Assembly (NCBI GenBank): GCA_964441745.1
Contig: CAYTYR010000002.1
Span: 62,001 to 126,000, forward strand
Reading direction: 5' to 3'
From: an uncultured Clostridia bacterium
Lineage (GTDB): Bacteria > CAYTYR01 > UBA6262
DNA length: 64,000 bases
Part shown: positions 10,111 to 17,803 of the stretch, piece by piece
Numbering within the stretch: the stretch's first letter is position 1
Layout: each line of letters opens with the position of its first letter
The notes under the pieces: model-generated
Told to the model about the DNA's origin: nothing
Seen by the model: the letters and a program-made list of their open reading frames with translations, nothing else
Databases searched by the model: none
Made by a program: the position numbers and the translations under genes

Positions 10111-11319
10111 ATGAAGAAGAGAATATTTATTTTTTACAGTATACTGATCATGTTTATTTTTGCTGGCCGGTCCGGGTCAGCTGCGAATGTTGATGAAAAC
10201 CTTAACCAGGCCAAAAAAGAAGTACAGGAGAACAATAAAAATCTCGACAAAATTAAAAGCAAAATTAAAGAAAAAAGCGTTTTCTCCAACAAGCTAAAAG
10301 GCAAGGAAATTGATCTTGCCGCGGAACTGAAGCGGATCAACCAGGAGCTGGGAAAGATCCAGGCGGAGATCAACCGTCTGAACAAAAAGATCAAGCTAAC
10401 CCAGCAAAAGATAAATATTACCCAGTCGAAGATAGTGGAAAAACGGTCAGCCGCTGACCAGACCCGAAAACTGCTTAGTAAGCATCTCCGGGTACTTTAT
10501 AAATACCAGCAGAGTAATCTGGAGTATCTGCCGGCAGTGTTGGCTAATATCCCCTATGACCAATTGGTAAAAAGCGAAAAATATTTACGCGCTGTTGCCC
10601 AAAAAAACCTGCAGTTACATCAGCAGCTCAAAGGCCAGGAAGCTGAGATCAGCGCGATCAAAAAGGAGCTGGAAATACAGGAAAAACAGCTGGAGAAACT
10701 GCAAGCCGAAGTGAAAGGACAGGAAGAAGTAGCCATTAAACAGAAAAACCTGAAAAATGAATTGCTGGCTAAGACCAAAAAACAAAGGAAAAATACAGAC
10801 GAAGAAATTGCCCAGTTAAAAAAAGAAGCGGTTGACCTGCAAAATCTGGTTGATAAATTCCGTTCCCGGATCAGTAAACTGGAAAAAGAAAAGATCAAGC
10901 AGAGGCAAAGGCTCTTAGCTGCTAAAAAAGGTTCTTATGACTGGCCAGTAAAGGGTACAGTGGTCAGTAAATTTGGCAAACAAAAACATAGTACTTTGAA
11001 TACGATTGTAGTTAATAACGGGATCGAGATTAAAGCCGATGAAGGTACCGCCGTTTTAGTTATTGAAAAAGGAACAGTATTGTACGCGGGAGATTTTAAA
11101 GGATATGGGCAAATGGTCATTGTTGACCATGGAGATGATTTCTATACCGTTTATGCCCATTTGCGCAAGGTTTTGGTTAAAGAAGGGGATGCCGCGATCA
11201 AAGGGCAGGCTATCGGTGAAACTGGCTATAGCAAAAACAGCCGTAATAATGAGGCTAATGTATATTTTGAAATACGCCGGGACGGCAAGCCGGAAGATCC
11301 AATGCTCTGGCTGAAATGA
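10111..11319 (+). CDS. envC: Murein hydrolase activator EnvC family (coiled coil + M23 domain)
   Basis: Long coiled coil; WPVKG..VSKFG and GYGQMVIVDHG..YTVYAHL motifs. Confidence 0.85.
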   Translation: MKKRIFIFYSILIMFIFAGRSGSAANVDENLNQAKKEVQENNKNLDKIKSKIKEKSVFSNKLKGKEIDLAAELKRINQELGKIQAEINRLNKKIKLTQQKINITQSKIVEKRSAADQTRKLLSKHLRVLYKYQQSNLEYLPAVLANIPYDQLVKSEKYLRAVAQKNLQLHQQLKGQEAEISAIKKELEIQEKQLEKLQAEVKGQEEVAIKQKNLKNELLAKTKKQRKNTDEEIAQLKKEAVDLQNLVDKFRSRISKLEKEKIKQRQRLLAAKKGSYDWPVKGTVVSKFGKQKHSTLNTIVVNNGIEIKADEGTAVLVIEKGTVLYAGDFKGYGQMVIVDHGDDFYTVYAHLRKVLVKEGDAAIKGQAIGETGYSKNSRNNEANVYFEIRRDGKPEDPMLWLK

Positions 11320-11347
11320 AAATAGTCCCGGGAGGAGAACTGAAATA

Positions 11348-11451
11348 AGGTGAAGGTTGGAGAAGTAGGTATGGAAGTAGGTTTGAGGTTTGTGGTTTAG
11401 AGCCTAATTCCCATAGACTTAAAACTAAACTTACTTCCAAAACTTACACCT
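11348..11451 (+). repeat. Family A hairpin repeat, empty copy 3
   Basis: AGGTGAAGGTTGGAGAAGTAGGTATGG...CTTACTTCCAAAACTTACACCT. Confidence 0.9.
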
Positions 11452-11501
11452 AATAACTATTTTAACTCGCGACTCGAGACAGTATTAAAACAGGAGGCAG
11501 C

Positions 11502-12722
11502 ATGCGTAACTTGAGCAAAAGATACATTTTCATGGTTTTATTCATTGTGGTATTTGGCCTGATCAGTTTCACCGGTACCACCACCAAGATGTATGATGAG
11601 TTGAAGCTATTTAGCGAGGGCTTGGAACGGATCCAGAGTAATTATGTCGAAGAAGTTGATCCTAAGAAGCTGATCTATGGCGCTCTCAGCGGCATGGCCA
11701 GGTCTCTTGACCCATATTCACAGTTTATGGAACCGGATATGTATAATGAGACCAAAGTGGAGACTGAAGGAGAGTTTGGCGGCCTGGGTATCAGGATCGA
11801 GATCAAGGATGAAATTCTCACCGTGGTGGCGCCGATAGAAGGGACTCCGGCTTATAAACAGGGTGTCCTGCCCGGTGATCGGATTACTAAAATTGACGGT
11901 AAAGAAACTAAAGGATTAAGCCTGCTGGAAGCGGTGAAGCGGCTGCGCGGCGCTAAAGGGACCAAGGTAGCTATTACTATTTACCGGGAAGGCGCCAAGG
12001 ACCTGCTTGAATTTACCATTGTCCGGGATATGATCAAGATCGAAAGCGTAAAATATAAGATGCTCAATGAAAAAATAGGCTACATTAAGATCAATGAATT
12101 TACCGAAAAAACAGCCTTGGACCTGGATAAGGCGCTCACCGCGCTGGAAAAATCTAACGCTGAAAAGCTGATCTTGGACCTCCGCAATAATCCTGGCGGA
12201 TTGCTCAATACCTGTATCGAAGTATGCAAGCAATTTATTGGCGACAATAAACTCCTGCTTTCGATCCGGGGCCGGGATACCAAAATGAACCAGCAGTTTA
12301 TTGCTGACAAGACGGCGAAACATAAGAAGTGGCCAATGGTGGTGCTGGTAAATAAGGGCAGCGCCAGTGCCAGCGAAATATTATCCGGCGTGGTCCAGGA
12401 TTATAAACGGGGAACGATCTTGGGCGCCAAGACTTTTGGCAAAGGAAGTGTCCAAACCGTGATGCCGATGAGTGATGGCAGCGGACTGCGTTTAACTACG
12501 GCCAAGTATTACCTCCCCAGCGGGCGCTCGATCCATGAGATCGGCGTGACTCCGGATATAATTGTGGAAATACCCCGCGAAGATGAAGTCAAGCTGATGA
12601 TGCAAATTGAAGGGATCCCGCTGAAATCAGGCGAAAAACCGGTTAAAGATCTTATTTTGGAAAAGGCGATAGAAATACTGCAGCCAGTGAAAGATGCTAA
12701 CACCGCGAAAAAGGGTAAATAG
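11502..12722 (+). CDS. ctpA: Carboxyl-terminal processing protease (S41, PDZ)
   Basis: LDPYS, FGGLGI, DLRNNPGG, SASASEI and TFGKGSVQ motifs. Confidence 0.93.
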   Translation: MRNLSKRYIFMVLFIVVFGLISFTGTTTKMYDELKLFSEGLERIQSNYVEEVDPKKLIYGALSGMARSLDPYSQFMEPDMYNETKVETEGEFGGLGIRIEIKDEILTVVAPIEGTPAYKQGVLPGDRITKIDGKETKGLSLLEAVKRLRGAKGTKVAITIYREGAKDLLEFTIVRDMIKIESVKYKMLNEKIGYIKINEFTEKTALDLDKALTALEKSNAEKLILDLRNNPGGLLNTCIEVCKQFIGDNKLLLSIRGRDTKMNQQFIADKTAKHKKWPMVVLVNKGSASASEILSGVVQDYKRGTILGAKTFGKGSVQTVMPMSDGSGLRLTTAKYYLPSGRSIHEIGVTPDIIVEIPREDEVKLMMQIEGIPLKSGEKPVKDLILEKAIEILQPVKDANTAKKGK

Positions 12723-13822
12723 TGAAGAAAAAAGCTAAAGCTTTATTAAGGGCGTTGATCATCCTATCTATTCTGGGATTGGGTGTTTATTATGTTTACT
12801 TGACGTATATCAATCCTCCGGTTGTGGATTATGACCGGATCAGTAATAAGGTGGATCAGGCGATCGACCAGGTGTTGGTGTCTTATGGGGCCAGCAACTT
12901 AAATATTATTAAAGTTTATAAGGAAGAAAAAGCACTGGCCAAAATTACCTGGATCCAGACGACCAAAGAGATCAGGTTAGCGGAAACTATTGATTTAAGC
13001 GAAGCGGGGAAAGCTTTAAAAAAAGCCATTGAAGACGAGGGAGCCAGGGTGATATCAATGAACCTGAACTCCGCTGAAAACACCTTAGTCTTGAAAGCTG
13101 GAATCAAAAATGTTGTTTTAGAAATACTGATCTTGCGCCGCCAGGCTGCCGCGCCAAAATACCGGGCTGCCATTATTATTGATGACCTGGGATATGACCG
13201 GAAAGTAGTTGGTCCACTGCTGGCGTTACAGGAGCAATTAACCTTTGCCATTATGCCGGGGGAGCGTTATTCGAAAATTATTGCTGAACAGGTGGCTAAA
13301 GCCGGCTGTGAGGTAATCCTGCACCAGCCAATGGAGCCAATGGGCTATCCTGGCATCAATGTGGGTAAGCGCGCTCTCCTGATGAAAATGGACACTCAAC
13401 AAATGCGGCAAATGCTGGAAAAGAATATCAGTGATGTGCCTTATCTAAGCGGGGTAAACAACCACATGGGCTCGCGCCTGACTGAAGATGCGGAAAAAAT
13501 GCAGGAAGTAATGAGTATCCTGAAAAAACACCGCTTGTTCTTTGTTGACAGTAAAACCAGCGCTAAATCCCTGGCCAACCAGACTGCCAAAAAAACTGGC
13601 ATCAAATCAGCCTCAAACCAGGTCTTCCTGGATAACCAGGATGACTTGGAGTACATCAAAAAACAATTGGATACAGTGGCCGCCTTGGCGGTAAAAAATA
13701 AAAAAGTAATAGCGATCGGTCATTGCGAAAGGAAAGAAACACTGCTAGCCCTGCAGGAAAAACTGCCTGAATTCAAAAAAATGGGCATTGCCATCGTGCC
13801 GGTATCGCAGCTCGTAGAATAG
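12722..13822 (+). CDS. Divergent polysaccharide deacetylase family protein (YibQ-like)
   Basis: AIIIDDLG, HQPMEP, GVNNHMGS, FFVDSKT, VFLDN and IAIGH motifs. Confidence 0.9.
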   Translation: MKKKAKALLRALIILSILGLGVYYVYLTYINPPVVDYDRISNKVDQAIDQVLVSYGASNLNIIKVYKEEKALAKITWIQTTKEIRLAETIDLSEAGKALKKAIEDEGARVISMNLNSAENTLVLKAGIKNVVLEILILRRQAAAPKYRAAIIIDDLGYDRKVVGPLLALQEQLTFAIMPGERYSKIIAEQVAKAGCEVILHQPMEPMGYPGINVGKRALLMKMDTQQMRQMLEKNISDVPYLSGVNNHMGSRLTEDAEKMQEVMSILKKHRLFFVDSKTSAKSLANQTAKKTGIKSASNQVFLDNQDDLEYIKKQLDTVAALAVKNKKVIAIGHCERKETLLALQEKLPEFKKMGIAIVPVSQLVE

Positions 13823-13823
13823 A

Positions 13824-13887
13824 AAATTCTAAATTACAAATTACATCTCCCGATGTTCCATCGGGATTATGCTAAATTAAGGATTTT
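13824..13887 (+). repeat. Family B left arm (AAATTAC-type heptamers, with inserted TCCCGATG/CATCGGGA mini-hairpin)
   Basis: AAATTCT AAATTAC AAATTAC ... AAATTAAGGATTTT; reverse complement of the arm at 14244-14294. Confidence 0.75.
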
Positions 13888-13889
13888 GA

Positions 13890-14282
13890 TTGAAAAAAAA
13901 TATAATTAAAGATAAAGCGTATCTTTTTGCTTTGAGCGTTATTAAATTAATTAAAAAAATGGGATTTGATCCTGCATCAAAAGTTTTAGGAAAGCAATTA
14001 GTAAGAGCAGCGACATCTATTGGGGCAAATATAGAAGAAGCTCAATCTGCCAGTAGCAGGAAAGATTTTATTAATAAAATTTATATAGCCAAAAAGGAAG
14101 CAAGAGAAGCTAATTATTGGTTAAGACTTATACGGGATGCTAGTTTATCTGATAATGATGAAATAAAGAAAATAATCAAAGATGGTGATGAAATCTACTA
14201 CATACTAACAGCAATTACTAAAACAGCAGAAAATAATAGTGTGAAATCCTTAATTTGTAATAAGCGCAGCGATAAAATTTAG
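13890..14282 (+). CDS. Four-helix bundle protein (TIGR02436 / 23S rRNA IVP family)
   Basis: QLVRAATSIGANIEEAQ.A.SRKDF..K..IA.KEA.E..YWL signature; visibly AT-rich. Confidence 0.9.
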   Translation: MKKNIIKDKAYLFALSVIKLIKKMGFDPASKVLGKQLVRAATSIGANIEEAQSASSRKDFINKIYIAKKEAREANYWLRLIRDASLSDNDEIKKIIKDGDEIYYILTAITKTAENNSVKSLICNKRSDKI

Positions 14283-14294
14283 AATTTGGAATTT
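14244..14294 (+). repeat. Family B right arm
   Basis: AAATCCTTAATTTGTAAT...AATTTAGAATTTGGAATTT. Confidence 0.75.
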
Positions 14295-14297
14295 AAA

Positions 14298-15329
14298 ATG
14301 AACATACTAGCCATTGAAACTTCTTGTGATGAGACCAGTGCCAGCGTCGTTAAAAACGGCAAGGTCATCCTTGCCAATGTTATTTCTTCCCAGATTCACA
14401 TTCACAGTAAATATGGCGGAGTAGTGCCGGAGCTGGCTTCCCGGCATCACCTGGAAAATATTAATTTTGTGATTTCCTCTGCCCTGAAAAAAGCGCGTCT
14501 GCAGATGACGGATATTGACGCATTGGCAGTGACGCAAGGCCCGGGCTTGGTCGGCTCCTTGCTGGCCGGCATCATGGCGGCTAAAACCTTAGCCCTGATC
14601 TACCGGTTGCCTTTACTGCCGGTTAATCATATCGAAGGACACATCTATGCCAATTTTATTGAGCAGCAGCTTAAACCGCCATTTCTGGCCCTGGTTGTTT
14701 CCGGCGGGCATACGGAATTGATCGTCCAGCGGGATTTTAGTCATTATAAAATACTGGGTCGTACCCGTGACGACGCGGTCGGCGAAGCTTATGATAAAGT
14801 GGCTAAATTGCTGGGCCTTGGTTATCCTGGCGGCCCGGTCATCGACCGGTTAGCCAAGCAGGGGAATCCGAATTTTGTTAAGTTCCCCCGGCCGTATTTA
14901 CCCGGCTCGTACGATTTCAGTTTCTCTGGTTTGAAAACTTCTGTCGTTAATTATGTCAGCGGTCAGCGGTCAGCGGTCCCGCCGCTAAAGCGCCGGCGGG
15001 CAGGCAGTGGACAGGTTAAAGATATCGTAGCTAGTTTTCAACAAGCGGTGATAGAAGTGCTTGTTAATAAAACGATCGATACGGCGCAAAAACTGAAGAT
15101 GAAAAAGATCGTTCTCGCTGGCGGGGTGGCGGCGAACTCTGCTTTGCGCAGTCTTTTTGACACAAAAACAAAAAAGGCCGGGATAAAAATATATTATCCC
15201 AGTCCTGTCTTATGTACTGATAATGCCGCCATGATCGGCAGTGCGGCTTATTACCGGTTAAAAAACAAGAAATTAAAATATCACCAGAAAATGCTGACTT
15301 TCAAAGCCGAGCCTAATTTACAGTTGTAA
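14298..15329 (+). CDS. tsaD: tRNA N6-threonylcarbamoyltransferase TsaD
   Basis: ILAIETSCDETS, HIEGH, VSGGHT, DDAVGEAYDK and CTDNAAMI motifs. Confidence 0.96.
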   Translation: MNILAIETSCDETSASVVKNGKVILANVISSQIHIHSKYGGVVPELASRHHLENINFVISSALKKARLQMTDIDALAVTQGPGLVGSLLAGIMAAKTLALIYRLPLLPVNHIEGHIYANFIEQQLKPPFLALVVSGGHTELIVQRDFSHYKILGRTRDDAVGEAYDKVAKLLGLGYPGGPVIDRLAKQGNPNFVKFPRPYLPGSYDFSFSGLKTSVVNYVSGQRSAVPPLKRRRAGSGQVKDIVASFQQAVIEVLVNKTIDTAQKLKMKKIVLAGGVAANSALRSLFDTKTKKAGIKIYYPSPVLCTDNAAMIGSAAYYRLKNKKLKYHQKMLTFKAEPNLQL

Positions 15330-17255
15330 TTTTGGATGTATTTCCAGGAAGGCATTTACTACCTCCGGGTCGAATTGTGTCCCGGAGCATTTTCTTATCT
15401 CAGCGAGAGCTAACTCCGTAGCCAGGGCTGGCCGGTACGGCCTTTGGCTGGTCATGGCATCATAAGTATCAGCTACCGCAATGATCCTGGAGAGGAAAGG
15501 GATTTGGTCGCTTTTGATCTTATCCGGGTAGCCGCTGCCATCGTATCGTTCATGATGATGCCGGATAATGGGTTTAATATTTTCCAGGAACGCCACCGGG
15601 GAAATAATTTCTTCTCCCAGGGCCGGATGCTTTTTAATCTCTTCAAATTCGGCCGGGGTCAACTGGCCGGGTTTATTCAAGACTTCTTTCAAGATACCTA
15701 TTTTACCGATGTCATGTAAAATACAGGCGTATTTCAGCGTGTCGATATCAGCCCGGCTTAATTTTAATCTTTTGGCAATTTCCATGGCGATGTAGGTTAC
15801 CCGGTCTGAATGGCCGCGGGTATATTTATCGCTGGCTTCAATCGCCTGCGCCAATGCCTGGACAGTTTCAAAGTAGGTCCGTTTTAAATCACCGTACAAC
15901 CTGGCGTTTTCAATAGCGATCCCGGCCTCATCAGCCAGCGTTTGCAGTAAATTGACATCTTCCCGGTTATAAATTTCCCCGGACAATTTCGGCCCCAGTG
16001 ATAATATGCCATGCAAGTCACCCTTGATAAAGATCGGGATAGAGATCGCGGCCTGGAGAGAGCTCATTTCCTCCCTGATGATCTTAGAGGAAGAAGGTTC
16101 TGACAATTTTTCGATTTCTTCCCTGATAACCACCCCTTTGGTTGTTTTCAGCAGGTTGACCAGGTCGCTTTCCTGGTCAAATTCCAGGGCTTTGGTGAGG
16201 TCATCAAGGTTAACGGATGACTTGATCTTGAAATTACTCGTTTCTTCGTCGAACAGCATGATCGATATCTGTTTGGCGCCGAGAATGCCGCTCATCGAGA
16301 CGATCAGGTTCAGCAATTCCCTCAAATCCAGGATCGAGATCAGGGTGCGGGTAAATTCAGCCAGGGCTTCCTGGTAATCATATCTTCCCCGGAAAAATAT
16401 CTTATCGACGAACATTTCCACCTTATGCTTGAGCGGCTGGAAGGTAATAGTGATGGTGACCGCGGCTATACCCGCGGTTAAGAGCGAGGCATAGCCGGTA
16501 TATATCCGCAGGGTCCGTTCTATGGCCACCACGATGATGACCCAGAGCGCGGTAATCGCGCCGCTCAAGATCGCATGGATAAATCCTTTTCTCAAAGCGA
16601 TCTTAATATCCATGAGCTGGTAGCGGAAAATAGCTACGACCATGGCGCCAACAAAGAACAGGGAAAACGGGCTGGACAGCGCTACATAGTTAGTGATCTT
16701 GAATAAAGGCAGGACAATAGCGAGTATAAAGAAAGCAGTGGTAAAAATGAACGCGCCCCAGAAGAGATAATAACTTCTCTTTTTTTCCGATAAGTCAGTG
16801 GTTTTCCGGTAATGGCGGAATATTTTGAAGATCAGGAAGATAAATAAGGCCGCGATATAAAAACCATAAATGCCGATCAGGATGCGCCCCAGTCCGGTCC
16901 TGGCGAAATTATTGTTCAGCAGGTCACTGCGGTAACAGAGCACGGTAAAAAGCAAACCCAGCCCGCCAAAAATAAAAATATCCTTTTTATGGATGGTCCG
17001 TTCGGCAAATCCGGAAACCCAGATCAAGGCCGCGGCCATGACCAGGGCGCCCAGGGCATAAGAGGTTTGGAACCAGAAAAGGGAGGGAAACCTGGACAGG
17101 AAGTAGTTGCTGAAGCACCAGGCTGAGGTCAGGAAAGTAAAAAATTCCAGCGCCCGGTTGAAAGATCCAGGCCTGGCCTGGTAATGAATAAAGAAACCAA
17201 GCACAAAATTAATTACGCCAGCTATGATAATTGCTGTGGGCAGCATAATAAGCAT
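15318..17255 (-). CDS. Membrane-bound GAF + HD-GYP cyclic dinucleotide phosphodiesterase
   Basis: N-terminal multi-TM sensor, GAF region, then YTRGHS.RV, LHDIGK, HHERYDGSGYP and RIIAVAD.YDAM. Confidence 0.9.
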   Translation of the reverse strand: MLIMLPTAIIIAGVINFVLGFFIHYQARPGSFNRALEFFTFLTSAWCFSNYFLSRFPSLFWFQTSYALGALVMAAALIWVSGFAERTIHKKDIFIFGGLGLLFTVLCYRSDLLNNNFARTGLGRILIGIYGFYIAALFIFLIFKIFRHYRKTTDLSEKKRSYYLFWGAFIFTTAFFILAIVLPLFKITNYVALSSPFSLFFVGAMVVAIFRYQLMDIKIALRKGFIHAILSGAITALWVIIVVAIERTLRIYTGYASLLTAGIAAVTITITFQPLKHKVEMFVDKIFFRGRYDYQEALAEFTRTLISILDLRELLNLIVSMSGILGAKQISIMLFDEETSNFKIKSSVNLDDLTKALEFDQESDLVNLLKTTKGVVIREEIEKLSEPSSSKIIREEMSSLQAAISIPIFIKGDLHGILSLGPKLSGEIYNREDVNLLQTLADEAGIAIENARLYGDLKRTYFETVQALAQAIEASDKYTRGHSDRVTYIAMEIAKRLKLSRADIDTLKYACILHDIGKIGILKEVLNKPGQLTPAEFEEIKKHPALGEEIISPVAFLENIKPIIRHHHERYDGSGYPDKIKSDQIPFLSRIIAVADTYDAMTSQRPYRPALATELALAEIRKCSGTQFDPEVVNAFLEIHPKLQL

Positions 17256-17321
17256 AGGCAGGATAAGTATACCCTAAAAACAGCTAACTGGCAAGGTAAA
17301 AAAACCGGTAAAAAAAACCGC

Positions 17322-17349
17322 TTGACAACATGCCAGGCCGTGCTATGTT
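17322..17349 (+). promoter_or_regulatory. Putative sigma70 promoter upstream of riboswitch leader
   Basis: TTGACA-16 bp-TATGTT with TG extension. Confidence 0.5.
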
Positions 17350-17403
17350 TATACTGGGGTAGTTGAAGTACATTTGTTACGGTTCTTTCAAAACTAATGC
17401 CAA

Positions 17404-17505
17404 CATATCCGAAAACGCAAAGCAAGCGAAAGCTTGTGACGCAAAGCCAAAGGGGCTAAGAATAAGCCAAGCTTATTTAAGCCAGCCGTATGCCGCCGAA
17501 GTATG
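17404..17505 (+). ncRNA. c-di-GMP-I (GEMM) riboswitch, copy 1 (variant)
   Basis: GCAAA-GCAAGC-GAAA-GCTTGT-GACGCAAAGCC...GGCTAA...AGCCAGCC...GCCGAA matches GEMM architecture. Confidence 0.75.
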
Positions 17506-17518
17506 AATAGGACTTATC

Positions 17519-17570
17519 AATGCCAGCCGAGCTGTCGGATATTTATGAGACAGGTCGGCATTAGTTTTTT
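17519..17570 (+). terminator. Intrinsic terminator of riboswitch 1
   Basis: GCCGA.CTGTC...GACAG.TCGGC stem followed by ATTAGTTTTTT. Confidence 0.7.
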
Positions 17571-17623
17571 AGAAGTAAAAATTTAAGAGTAAGGGAGGAA
17601 AACCGAGCGATACAACTGAATAG

Positions 17624-17715
17624 GATCCGATAAAGGCAAACCCGCCGAAAGACGGGGACGCAAAGCCAAAGGGGCTAAAGACAGTATTCTAAGCCAGCCG
17701 TTGCTACCGAAGATC
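17624..17715 (+). ncRNA. c-di-GMP-I (GEMM) riboswitch, copy 2
   Basis: GGCAAACCCGCC-GAAA-GACGGG-GACGCAAAGCC...GGCTAA...AGCCAGCCGTTGCTACCGAA. Confidence 0.88.
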
Positions 17716-17740
17716 GAATGTTATACCTCTGTTCAAGCTA

Positions 17741-17788
17741 GCCGGGCTTTCGGATCGAAGATCCAGGAAAGCTCGGTTTTTCATTTTT
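17741..17788 (+). terminator. Intrinsic terminator of riboswitch 2
   Basis: CCGGGCTTTC...GAAAGCTCGG stem followed by TTTTTCATTTTT. Confidence 0.75.
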
Positions 17789-17803
17789 AGAAAGAAGGAA
17801 ACA

